A stretch of DNA of 43,317 nucleotides, from NCBI RefSeq assembly GCF_000760515.2, contig NW_013546456.1:1-43317 (forward strand). The letters are read 5' to 3'. The DNA is from Mitosporidium daphniae (Eukaryota). This document shows positions 11,515-21,036 of the stretch, in pieces (the stretch's first letter is position 1; every line of letters begins with the position of its first letter). The notes below the pieces were generated by a model. That model made no database searches. It was not told the DNA's origin and saw only the letters and a list, made by a program, of their open reading frames with translations. A program made the translations under genes and the position numbers.

Positions 11515-11544
11515 TTGATTTGATTTGATTTGATTTGATTTGAT
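11515..11544. repeat. (TTGAT)6 microsatellite
   Basis: Six perfect copies followed by degenerate TTGGT TTGTT; intergenic. Confidence 0.9.
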
Positions 11545-11624
11545 TTGGTTTGTTGGCTCTGTCGCCAATCGCGCGATCCTTCTTAATTCTGCCTTTCTCG
11601 TGATGCACAGGTTTTTGTTTTTCT

Positions 11625-12395
11625 ATGCAAGGTTATGTATTAAAAGTCCATGAATCAGCACTGCATACTCTGCGCTCTTCATATCTATCTTTTGTTGGTC
11701 TAGCCATCTTTGATGCTATTATGGTCGATATTTTCTATCCTGGATTATTACAATTTTTGTTTCACTGCGTCTTGTTTTTGTGGATTACGGTGCCTGTAGT
11801 ATTTTGGAAACAGAGTATTAGCAATTTGTTTTCTTTCTCAAATTGGTGTCAGGCCGTAAAGAAAAACATGCGAAGGTATTATATTCTGTTCAGTTTTGCC
11901 CTTTGCGAAGAATTATCTGAATTTAGTACGGTTAAAGCCGAATCGCCAAAAGGGGTAGACTCATCTCTAACTACCTCGGCTGAAAGCACGCCCGTAAAAG
12001 AGCCCCCTGAAAGCGTTATGAGCAAAGTTGTTTCCTTATTTGCAGTTAAACCGGAAGAACAGAGGGACCTCACTATTCATGAGGCTTTTTTAGACATCTG
12101 CAAGCTGATTGTATTCTGTTTTCAGGCTTTACCCGTATATGCAATCGTTCTAGGATTGGAAAGTCATATTTTCTCATCTCTTATTTATACTTTGATCACA
12201 ATTATCGCTTTACAATTTGGCATAGCTATGGAGTTAAGAGGTTTATTTAAGGTCAAAGAGGTTACCGAATTATTTGATAAGGCACATTTCACCCTGCTCC
12301 CGATGGCGCTGTTTATCATGTATTGCATTTTTTGCCTTTTATCGAAAATTTTCCATCGTTTTTTCTTTACAAACAAAAAACACCGTTTTTACTAA
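11625..12395 (+). CDS. Hypothetical multi-pass membrane protein (paralog A)
   Basis: 256-aa ORF with several hydrophobic helices and a central S/E/K-rich loop; start uncertain. Confidence 0.7.
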   Translation: MQGYVLKVHESALHTLRSSYLSFVGLAIFDAIMVDIFYPGLLQFLFHCVLFLWITVPVVFWKQSISNLFSFSNWCQAVKKNMRRYYILFSFALCEELSEFSTVKAESPKGVDSSLTTSAESTPVKEPPESVMSKVVSLFAVKPEEQRDLTIHEAFLDICKLIVFCFQALPVYAIVLGLESHIFSSLIYTLITIIALQFGIAMELRGLFKVKEVTELFDKAHFTLLPMALFIMYCIFCLLSKIFHRFFFTNKKHRFY

Positions 12396-12514
12396 AGTTG
12401 TAAATTTAAAATTTGGAGTAAAATCAATCTAATTAGTCTACACGCTGCCACACTTGTACCAATAGAATTTACAATTCACGGTTACTTTATGGTTGCCGGA
12501 TTAGCTTTGCAGCT

Positions 12515-13240
12515 ATGAATTGGATTTTCTTTGGAGTCTTGGTTTTCTGCGCATATCTTAGCATTGCGGCGGCAGCGAGCCCTATTATTCATACCAATGG
12601 TGTATTGCAGACTGAAAAAAGTTTCAACCAGATACTTTCCGATAAGCTTGGGAAGGACGGCTTGAATTTTCTAGTTATGTTTTTCTGTGTGGCTAATTTT
12701 GCGATCTTTTTACTTAGCAATACTATTTCCAGGGTTTTTTTATCTTGTTTATTCGGGTATTATTATTATAGAAACTTTAAGGAAATGAGTAACCTCAAAC
12801 CAGCTGTTGCATCTGCTAGGCAAAACGAGAACTCCGATCCTGATGATTCTGGTGATCATGCTAGTGTTGTTCCAGTGGAAAAATCCTCTGAAAACAAAGA
12901 GCTCAAAAAGCAAGACACTGATTACATGCTCGGAATTTTTCGAATTTTAGTATTTTATACTCAGTTGTCCTGCACTTTAGCCATTGTTGATTTTCCTTTC
13001 AAATGGGCAAAAGAAAGAATATCGCCATTACTTCCTTCTCTATATGGGTTCATATACATGGTAGTTAAAATTGCAGCAATCGTGACTGTGATGGTTTCCT
13101 TTAAATCTATTGTTTCTATTGCTGACCCAAGCAACGTGCTAATCAAAACACATTTGGGGTTGTTTTTGTGCGGGCACTGGATTTTGCTAATTATAGACTT
13201 TGTAGCTTCATGGATCTTTTCCAAAGTTACAAAAGAATAG
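12515..13240 (+). CDS. Hypothetical multi-pass membrane protein with signal peptide (paralog B)
   Basis: MNWIFFGVLVFCAYLSIAAAA signal-like N-terminus, about 4 TM segments, D/E/S-rich loop. Confidence 0.75.
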   Translation: MNWIFFGVLVFCAYLSIAAAASPIIHTNGVLQTEKSFNQILSDKLGKDGLNFLVMFFCVANFAIFLLSNTISRVFLSCLFGYYYYRNFKEMSNLKPAVASARQNENSDPDDSGDHASVVPVEKSSENKELKKQDTDYMLGIFRILVFYTQLSCTLAIVDFPFKWAKERISPLLPSLYGFIYMVVKIAAIVTVMVSFKSIVSIADPSNVLIKTHLGLFLCGHWILLIIDFVASWIFSKVTKE

Positions 13241-13271
13241 GTCTGCATGACATATTAATGGTGGTAATAAA

Positions 13272-16200
13272 TCAGTATGTATGTTTCCACAATGAAAGCA
13301 GTCCTTTGTCTAGTTTAGAAATTGTTTCCGGAGAAAAGGAGTGAAGAGCAGCCAGCCTGCAGGCCGGAAGTACGGTGATAAAATCGGAGCTTGCATTGAA
13401 AGAAATACAACCTTGAGCATTTAGCACAATGAGACTCTCTTTTACAAGGGCAGAAATACTGCTCCAATCATAAAACGACGGGTTAGATTGCAATCTCTGG
13501 AATAAAAACGTCCATTTAAAGAGAGATTCGATTTCGCAGATGGGAATGGTAAAGTGTGCCACTTCACTAAACTGTCTAGAGGCAATAAGCGAAGCCATCA
13601 GAAATGCGTCTATGCTTAATGCGTGCTCGTAAGGAGGCGGCTTTTGTTCGCCAAAAGAAGCCACACAAAGCTTGCTCTCAATCGGCAATTTATACCCGTT
13701 TTCAGCTTGGATTAACGATGACGCAATGGAACATAAAAAGGAAGGCCCCATAAATATGCTCTTTGGCCGTCTATGGCCGGGGGAGCCCTTGGCGATAGAT
13801 ACCATTTGAGAAAGATGGCAAGCCGAATAATATAAAGAAGCCTCGACTGAAGAGGCCGTTTGCAAATGCGGCAAAATTATCACGCTATCGATTGGGCGAC
13901 CAGATGATATTTTATGAACGGTACTAAATAAAGATGAGGACGATGAATGGGAGGATGTGATGGCCACTATTAGCACTTTGATAAACACACTTGAACATAT
14001 TAGGGAATCCTTTTCAAACGGCAGTAAGAAGGCAACCCCACTTTGAGAAATTGTCCTTTGCAGTAGCTCGTCTTTAAAAGAAAAAATGGATTCATCCGAA
14101 AATCCAATTTGGCTGCGAGCAAGTATCATCGATAATTTTGAGGCCAATGACCTACAAAAGCGTCTCGAATGTACCCAAACAACGAGCAGCGCATCAGAGG
14201 GCATGATTCTGGAAATCTCAATAGCGATTGCGCCGGGCATTCGATTGGTGCTTCGTGTTGTAATTTGCGGTTGAGGAGAAAGAGCAACCTCAGGCCCGCA
14301 AAACATGCACCATGAAAGCGATTCATGCAAACCCAACCACCTGACCACATCAGGGGCCGATGAAAATGGCCTGCCACATACTAACCAACGACAGAGCGGA
14401 AGAAAATGTGTCCAATATCTCAAGAGAGTTAAAGAAGCCTCAAACTCTGCACAATCTCCAATCTTTTCAACATCAAATACGACAACCAAAAGCGGGATGT
14501 CTTTATGACTATTCAACAGCGAAAATTGAGTCGAGTTCCATTTCAAGATTTCCACTGGACTAGAAACGATGAGCGACCCTTCTAATGAAGAGGATGGTGA
14601 AATACCAAGAATTCCGGCAATTGAATCAACAAAAGACCATTGTTGGATTAGCTGATAAGAAAAAAATGGGTCAGGTACAACAACCAATACTTTGGATTTT
14701 GGATTCGCTTGAAAAAGCCCCCATATTGCCAACTCAACGGCAAGTCCTTTACCTGAGTTGGGAGGAGCAAGGATTGTGATCAATCTTTTATCATTACACC
14801 AAGATACGTTATTTTCGCTACCGCTTAATGGATAAAGAAGAGGTCTTGCCATAACCGACTGTATTGCAGAGAGAGAATATACTCCCTTAGAATACAAAAA
14901 CTCTTTCAGTATTGAAGAATGAATAGCCCGAGACACCTCCAAAAATGGGCGTTGAACAGCTGGAAATAACAAGGATGCCCTTCCACGCCCCAAAAGAAAG
15001 GCTTCCTGTGGTATGGAATTACATATGGATTTTGGATGCACAAAAGCGTCTTGAAGATTTGGCTCAAACTCGGTTTCTTGAGCAAAATTAAAAGTACCCA
15101 AGGATATAGGTACATCGGTGACGTCTAACCCCAACGTCGAGTTGCTCAAAATATCCAAATACAAGCACGAGAGGCTCATGTTTTGGTCGCCTTTAAACAT
15201 ATCAAAAGGAATGCTAACGGTCACTTTACACGCAAGATGACATTGGTTTTTTGCCAACATCAATTGATCTACCCAAATGATTTTAGAGTCAAACGGAAAC
15301 GAAATGACTGCCCAATAATGCACCTCTTCATGTTTTTTGCTGTTGCAGCATAAATCCCATAAGATATCCACAATAAGGGTGTCATTGACCACTTGCAATA
15401 CATGAGATCTTCTATTTTCAACACTAATCAGTGGAACTCCGTCAATTGATCCGGTCTTGTTGGTCGAATTTTCAACAATAGAAAACAGCGCTAACTGCAA
15501 TGGAGAAACTCTACTCCAGCCATCACATTGCAACTGCAGTTTGTAATGCGTATCAAGCTGAGACACAAGCTCAGGCGATGGAATTCCTCCTGCTTTCTTG
15601 ATCAGATATTCTGAATTCCACCAGTCATCCATAGACAATAAAAACGAGCTCCAAGTTCTATTTTCAAAACAGCGGCATAACTCTAGAGCCAGGAATGACA
15701 GTTTTGAATTCTTGATAACTTTAAGTGAAATTTCAAAAATAGCCCTCAAAAACCGGCTTGCGTTTAACGTGATGTAATGAAGATCGGGCGAGTCGTATTT
15801 TTGTGCATCCAGCTTCTTATTGTGTCCTTTGGAAGAAGAAGTCGGGAAAAATGGCGAATTTCCCCATCCTGAAATGAAGGCCTGAAATAAAATAGAAACT
15901 TTCGTAGAAGATGAGGTCCAATCTGCCAAGGAGCAGTCAAACAACGGAACCAGGCCACTATTGTGGTCCAACTTGCTCGATGGGTTATCCCATCCTCCAA
16001 TAAATTTGGTCTGAAACCCGGAATGTTCCAAATCCTGACGTTGAAGCCACAGTTTTGATCCCACAAGCGTTCGAAGGAGATTTTCTTCTTCCAAATCGCC
16101 TCCAGAAGCGGATCGCATCCTAATGGAATCTAAAAATTCCGAAGCCTCTGAAAAAATCCGAATCAAGGAAGAGATAATATTTTTCGGCGAAAGATGGGTC

Positions 16201-18566
16201 AATAAGTTCGACAGCTCGGACAACTTTGTATGAAACCCCATAGCGGTTTCCACGCTTAAATATAAACGAGAAGCGATTTCACCAAATTCTGTTGGTATCA
16301 ATTGGTCAAATTTGGCATCGCTTTTTTGGACCTTTGTACACAAACCAATAGATAAAAGGCGGTCAATGGATGTCTGGAGAACACCTTGCAATGATTTTAT
16401 ACCACGAGTGCCCTTTTGACGAGTTCGCACCCACAAGAAGGTATACGAAAGCCAAGATATGCCATCCTCTACTGATTTAACTGTTCCCAAGTTAATTTCT
16501 GCATTAAGGTGAGTATCAAGGTTTGTGGCAAACGTACTTTCAATTGGGATCGAATTAACGGGAGAAAGCGAAAGCAGATATTTTGGAAGCACTCCAGAGG
16601 GACACAGAAGAGTTGCTTCTCCGGCATTGTCAAGCCCTGGACGACCTGCTCGACCGAAAATTTGTAATATGTCCAAAGGAGATAAATCCTCCCAAGTTCC
16701 ACTACCTCCGGTGGACTCACTTCCTTTGAATATGTCTGTTCCCCTTATAAATACAGCACGAGCGGGCAAGTTTACACCCCATGCTAATGTTGAGGTGCAA
16801 ACTAGAACAGAAAGACGCCGAGATCTAAATAGGTTCTCCACCGTAAATCTGTCAGACCTAGACATGCCTGCATGATGAATCCCAACGGCGCCATTTGAAG
16901 ATGCTAAAAGACTTTGAAGAGCATTTAATTCAACACGAGGCGATGGATCTAATTTCCATAGTAGGCTTGCAGGTCCAAAATGTTGCGATAATAAACGGGC
17001 AACGCGGATCGTTTGAGATCGGCTATGTACAAAAATCAGACATTGGTGCTGGTCAGAAAGGACGGGCCTAACCCTTTCAAGCAACTCAACGTCCAATGAC
17101 TGGTTAATGTTGACCTTTGCGGGACGCACATGAGTTTTGGTGCTTGATGTTTGTGCAGCTAGTTCCTCCTCACTTGCGGAGGGATTACGTAAAAGCGTAT
17201 TTGAAAGACCTATAAGTGTCACTTTCAAAGGCACCGGTCTAAAGGAAGCATCAAAGAAAAAAAGCCCTTTCCCAACGGCCACTCGGAGCCATTCCGCAAC
17301 ATCCATGAAATTTGGAAGCGTGGCAGAAAGCCCGATAATTCTAACCATTCTTTGGGCACCTTCAACATACCGCAGGGTTCGGGCGACAATTGTTTCTAGC
17401 ACAGAGCCCCTAGTATCTTGCAGCAAGTGAACCTCATCAATGATAATCAGTTTAACGGCAGCCCCCAACATCGAATCAGAAAAGGCTGGGTTTCTGGTAA
17501 GCACATCCCATTTTTCTGGTGTACTAACCAAAATATTGGCGTCATCTAGTTCTCGACTTGAAAGTCGTATGTCTCCAGTATATTCGTTTACCACAATTCC
17601 AAGGGATCCCAATCTTTGCCGATACTTTGAAGAAATTTCGGCCGCCAATGCCTTCATCGGTGCTATGTAAATGATTTTAAATGCATGTCGATCCAATTTC
17701 AGCGTTAAACAAGAATCTTCTCTGTCCACTTGAACGCTGCAATGCGACCAAATAACCCTAAGAATGGCAATAAGGGCAACGTCTGTTTTCCCAGAACCAG
17801 TGGGGGCACAAACCAATAGATTTTCATTTGTGGAAAAGGCCGTAGGAAACACCACCGATTGCATCCGATTAAAATGGGAATATGGGAATAGGTTTTTTCC
17901 ACCCGCTGCCAACAGAGGATGTGGAAAAATATTCGCAATTTCCAATTCTGATATTCCACACCAAGTCTCAATTGAGGGAGGCTGAGCGGGCAGGCAAAAG
18001 TATTCTCTACCAGGATAGCATTCATGTATCGTTCCAGAAGGCAATGCAACGGCGTGCCTCACCATAGGGCGTTCTGAAACACTGTTTTTCGAATAAATCC
18101 CTGGAATTGTGGGTTCGGTGATCAGTGATGATTTTGATGTCATTGGAAGAGAAATCACCTTGCCTTTTGAAGAGCACAATTTCTGTATCAACTCAAAATG
18201 CTCTGGGCCCAAAATGTCCAAAAGCGCAAAAGCCTGTTCATCTTTCGATGGATAAAGTTTTTCCAACGCACGCTCTACCAACGGCCTTAATTCGCTGGGC
18301 AAGGAATCCAAATCAGATCCGCCTTTGTCGCTAATAGAAAGATCTTTGAAAAAACTCCAAGGAAAAATAAAATCTTCCCCATCATGCATTTCATGCGTCT
18401 CGTGCACCAAGCCATTGTTTTCAAAATCGGCATTCACCGAATAAAGATATTGACGAGAAGAGGCCCAATTTAAAAATAACCGCTCATCAAATGGGAGCGA
18501 TTTTGATCGGCTTCTGTTCGACAGAGTGTCCAAGTAAGGACACGAGCATTTGTCGAGTGCATCCAT
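13272..18566 (-). CDS. SLH1: Ski2-like double-cassette helicase Slh1/Rqt2 (ASCC3); C-terminal cassette degenerate
   Basis: LLDILGPEHFELI N-domain, TNENLLVCAPTGSGKTDVA, IIDEVHLL, ARTLRYVE...RIIGLSATLPNFMDVA, QIFGRAGRP; these resemble Slh1/ASCC3 more than Brr2. Apparently intronless; start probably 18566 or 18587. Confidence 0.88.
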   Translation of the reverse strand: MDALDKCSCPYLDTLSNRSRSKSLPFDERLFLNWASSRQYLYSVNADFENNGLVHETHEMHDGEDFIFPWSFFKDLSISDKGGSDLDSLPSELRPLVERALEKLYPSKDEQAFALLDILGPEHFELIQKLCSSKGKVISLPMTSKSSLITEPTIPGIYSKNSVSERPMVRHAVALPSGTIHECYPGREYFCLPAQPPSIETWCGISELEIANIFPHPLLAAGGKNLFPYSHFNRMQSVVFPTAFSTNENLLVCAPTGSGKTDVALIAILRVIWSHCSVQVDREDSCLTLKLDRHAFKIIYIAPMKALAAEISSKYRQRLGSLGIVVNEYTGDIRLSSRELDDANILVSTPEKWDVLTRNPAFSDSMLGAAVKLIIIDEVHLLQDTRGSVLETIVARTLRYVEGAQRMVRIIGLSATLPNFMDVAEWLRVAVGKGLFFFDASFRPVPLKVTLIGLSNTLLRNPSASEEELAAQTSSTKTHVRPAKVNINQSLDVELLERVRPVLSDQHQCLIFVHSRSQTIRVARLLSQHFGPASLLWKLDPSPRVELNALQSLLASSNGAVGIHHAGMSRSDRFTVENLFRSRRLSVLVCTSTLAWGVNLPARAVFIRGTDIFKGSESTGGSGTWEDLSPLDILQIFGRAGRPGLDNAGEATLLCPSGVLPKYLLSLSPVNSIPIESTFATNLDTHLNAEINLGTVKSVEDGISWLSYTFLWVRTRQKGTRGIKSLQGVLQTSIDRLLSIGLCTKVQKSDAKFDQLIPTEFGEIASRLYLSVETAMGFHTKLSELSNLLTHLSPKNIISSLIRIFSEASEFLDSIRMRSASGGDLEEENLLRTLVGSKLWLQRQDLEHSGFQTKFIGGWDNPSSKLDHNSGLVPLFDCSLADWTSSSTKVSILFQAFISGWGNSPFFPTSSSKGHNKKLDAQKYDSPDLHYITLNASRFLRAIFEISLKVIKNSKLSFLALELCRCFENRTWSSFLLSMDDWWNSEYLIKKAGGIPSPELVSQLDTHYKLQLQCDGWSRVSPLQLALFSIVENSTNKTGSIDGVPLISVENRRSHVLQVVNDTLIVDILWDLCCNSKKHEEVHYWAVISFPFDSKIIWVDQLMLAKNQCHLACKVTVSIPFDMFKGDQNMSLSCLYLDILSNSTLGLDVTDVPISLGTFNFAQETEFEPNLQDAFVHPKSICNSIPQEAFLLGRGRASLLFPAVQRPFLEVSRAIHSSILKEFLYSKGVYSLSAIQSVMARPLLYPLSGSENNVSWCNDKRLITILAPPNSGKGLAVELAIWGLFQANPKSKVLVVVPDPFFSYQLIQQWSFVDSIAGILGISPSSSLEGSLIVSSPVEILKWNSTQFSLLNSHKDIPLLVVVFDVEKIGDCAEFEASLTLLRYWTHFLPLCRWLVCGRPFSSAPDVVRWLGLHESLSWCMFCGPEVALSPQPQITTRSTNRMPGAIAIEISRIMPSDALLVVWVHSRRFCRSLASKLSMILARSQIGFSDESIFSFKDELLQRTISQSGVAFLLPFEKDSLICSSVFIKVLIVAITSSHSSSSSLFSTVHKISSGRPIDSVIILPHLQTASSVEASLYYSACHLSQMVSIAKGSPGHRRPKSIFMGPSFLCSIASSLIQAENGYKLPIESKLCVASFGEQKPPPYEHALSIDAFLMASLIASRQFSEVAHFTIPICEIESLFKWTFLFQRLQSNPSFYDWSSISALVKESLIVLNAQGCISFNASSDFITVLPACRLAALHSFSPETISKLDKGLLSLWKHTY

Positions 18567-18647
18567 ATAAAAAGATTTGGAAATCATGCCACTCAAATTG
18601 AATTCCGCAATGCATTTTAAAATAACTCCATTCAATACATTTTGCAA

Positions 18648-19337
18648 ATGCATCCAAAAATTGGTCTTTCCAAATATGCAAAAGCGTGGACACCGGTGGA
18701 GGATGCCTCGATCTCTGTAAACTATGGAAACTGGGGCCCATCTTGGGCTCTGATTTCCCGCCAACTGCCTGGACGATCTCCAGTTGAATGCCGTCGCCGT
18801 TGGCTAAGACAATCGATTCTGCCCACCTTTCAGGTTCCAGAAAAGCCAGACCCGCAAATGGGAATTGAAAGTGCTAAAAGAAGATCCGCAATTGAGGAGA
18901 CAATTAAAAAAGCCCATTTGGCTGGACTGCGTGAGTCTCCCGCTTTTCCTGCTTTAAAGGTAATGAAGCCATTGACGAAATCTCAAGAAACAGAATGGAA
19001 TGCACGTTTGCAGGGCTTTGACCAAGTCGGAACCAAATGGGTTCTTTTCCAAGAAGAAAAAAGAATTCCACTTCCATATGAAAAGCTTTCTTCTACACTT
19101 CCTCGTCACCTTCCTCGATGGAGGGTTCGTAGCCAAGGGTGGAATTCTGTCGAAGATGCTGTCCTCAGAGAGGCTTACGAAGTACACGGACCAAATTGGA
19201 TAGCCATTCATTACGCACTCCCAAAACGAACATGGCAGGAATGCCGCAAGAGACTCACCATGCTCTCTCTTAGATGGAACCCGTGCAGCAGCGTATTCCC
19301 GGAAAAATGCTCAACCGAAACAAGCGGTGCAGAGTGA
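18648..19337 (+). CDS. Myb/SANT-domain protein with two widely spaced repeats
   Basis: WTPVED..I...YGNWGPSWALIS..LPGRSPVECRRRW and WNSVEDAVL...HGPNW..I...LPKRTWQECRKR. Confidence 0.85.
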   Translation: MHPKIGLSKYAKAWTPVEDASISVNYGNWGPSWALISRQLPGRSPVECRRRWLRQSILPTFQVPEKPDPQMGIESAKRRSAIEETIKKAHLAGLRESPAFPALKVMKPLTKSQETEWNARLQGFDQVGTKWVLFQEEKRIPLPYEKLSSTLPRHLPRWRVRSQGWNSVEDAVLREAYEVHGPNWIAIHYALPKRTWQECRKRLTMLSLRWNPCSSVFPEKCSTETSGAE

Positions 19338-19568
19338 CATATAGATATTTATTAGTAAAGCAAAGTATTTCAGCCAAATGATTGGCAATATTTCGGGCCC
19401 TGCGTGCGTAAGGTCAGTTGCTCGCTATATGCAGACATACATACGGTTGTAAATGTTACTGGCATCCAGCAGGTACACCATTGAGACCCGATGCGAACAT
19501 AATGAGCAAACCAATGCTATCTGTCAGTGTGAAGCGCACTTTGAAGGCCCGGCTCGATTGGCAATCGA

Positions 19569-20621
19569 TCATTGGATATGCCGATAATCAACACCAAAAG
19601 CCGTCCCAATAAACCAAATATCGAGCCCAAGCTTTCGATTGACGCTCATAAGGTCGACGTCAATTTGTGGCAGGGAACGGTCGGTTTCAGAGATCTCTAG
19701 CACAGATGGGTCCTTTTTTTGGTTACAAACACGCTGAACATACAAGACACTGGCTTCTCTTTGCTCCAATTCATGAAGGGTCGGGAACGAGGCCAGAGAG
19801 ACCGAGCTAGGCTTATCCAACGAAGATGCAACGAAAATCCAGCCAGATATTTCATATAAATTCAACGTAATCAGCAAGCGCCGATACCTTCCTCTCCTAT
19901 TGATAACCGAAATTTGGGAAAAAATTTTCACCATCGGGCCGGAGGCCCTACCAGGCCCGGTATCACCAAAAAGGTTGCCTCCACAAGGAAAAGCAGACGT
20001 GAGGGAAAGCGCATTGCTCCATAATTTTTCCAATTGTAACAATACGTGCACAAGATAACAATGGTTGGCATGTTCAAGTCGCTGATCAATATGTCGGTAT
20101 CCAGGATCAGGATTTTCCTCGACAATCTGCAAAGATGCCATCTCAATAATAAGCTGCCAAAGGCGAGTGAGAGTCTTTTGCAAAAACAAAAGGTCATACC
20201 AAAGCTCAAGAGCCGGCATATGCCATTCTTCGGCAACTTGCACCTTCTTTGTAGCCTCTTTTTTGATTGATTGGAGGGAATTTTGCCATAGGGCAATAAA
20301 TACCCCAGTGCTTTCTTGAGACCTCCCGTCAAATATAGGGGCGTCCGATATTTTTTTGAGATTTTTTTGCAACACTTCCCCTGCCCCTAGAAAATAGGAG
20401 TACAAAAGAAGAAGTATCTTCTTCTCAAGCGCATCAAGGCCGCCAAACTTGGGAGGACATCGGTCTTGACCAATAGATATCACGACCATCCGTTCAAGCG
20501 CAGAAAGGGGAGGCAATTCGTCCGTATGAGGATAATGAATCGACTCTCTTAGTTCAAATACGCTTTTCGCGATATTTCGTAGCAAATCATGCACTGGCGC
20601 GCTCAGGAGCAGATCATGCAT
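19569..20621 (-). CDS. Hypothetical protein (350 aa)
   Basis: Long ATG ORF with AT-rich upstream context; no family recognised. Confidence 0.7.
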   Translation of the reverse strand: MHDLLLSAPVHDLLRNIAKSVFELRESIHYPHTDELPPLSALERMVVISIGQDRCPPKFGGLDALEKKILLLLYSYFLGAGEVLQKNLKKISDAPIFDGRSQESTGVFIALWQNSLQSIKKEATKKVQVAEEWHMPALELWYDLLFLQKTLTRLWQLIIEMASLQIVEENPDPGYRHIDQRLEHANHCYLVHVLLQLEKLWSNALSLTSAFPCGGNLFGDTGPGRASGPMVKIFSQISVINRRGRYRRLLITLNLYEISGWIFVASSLDKPSSVSLASFPTLHELEQREASVLYVQRVCNQKKDPSVLEISETDRSLPQIDVDLMSVNRKLGLDIWFIGTAFGVDYRHIQ

Positions 20622-20900
20622 TTGCTGAGTTTGGAGATTTTAAATGTTTGAAATTTTCAACCATGGTGGCAACGGCCTCCCAATTGCCCACATACCTTTT
20701 TATTAATGTAGGCTTCCGATTTTCTCCCGATTCGATTTATACCAGGTCTCGAAGGGNTAAAAGAATGGCCATTGTCAAGCCCTTCAACACGCTTTAGGGG
20801 GAGCTCAAGTGGTTTAAATTAAACCTTGCGCTAATCAAGCTTGGAATGTTGAGGCTTTGTCTTGAATCAATTTTATTTTGCATAATCTAACACCCACTAC

Positions 20901-21036
20901 TTTCTTCCCTGTTGAAAAGGTTACCCCTCTGCTGATCAGGTTTCCCCTTTGTTGAAAAGGTTTCCCCTCTGCTGATCAGGCTTCCCCTCTGCTGGCCGGG
21001 TTTCCCCTGTGCTGACCAAGTTTCCCCTCTGCCGCC
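20901..21036. repeat. 20-bp minisatellite, about 6.8 copies (consensus TTTCCCCTCTGCTGATCAGG)
   Basis: Units start at 20901, 20921, 20941, 20961, 20981, 21001 and 21021; the first four alternate ...GTTGAAAAGG / ...GCTGATCAGG. Confidence 0.9.

Noticed and set aside
13272..18764. Helicase as Brr2, and the full 1830-aa ORF start at 18764
   Set aside because: Motif wording (TNENLL..GKTDVA, ARTLR.VE, LPNFMDVA, ILGPEH) fits Slh1/ASCC3 and there is no long Brr2 N-terminal region; the 5' ORF extension overlaps the Myb CDS on the opposite strand.
20901..21036. CRISPR-like array
   Set aside because: Contiguous tandem units with no unique spacers, eukaryotic context and no cas genes.
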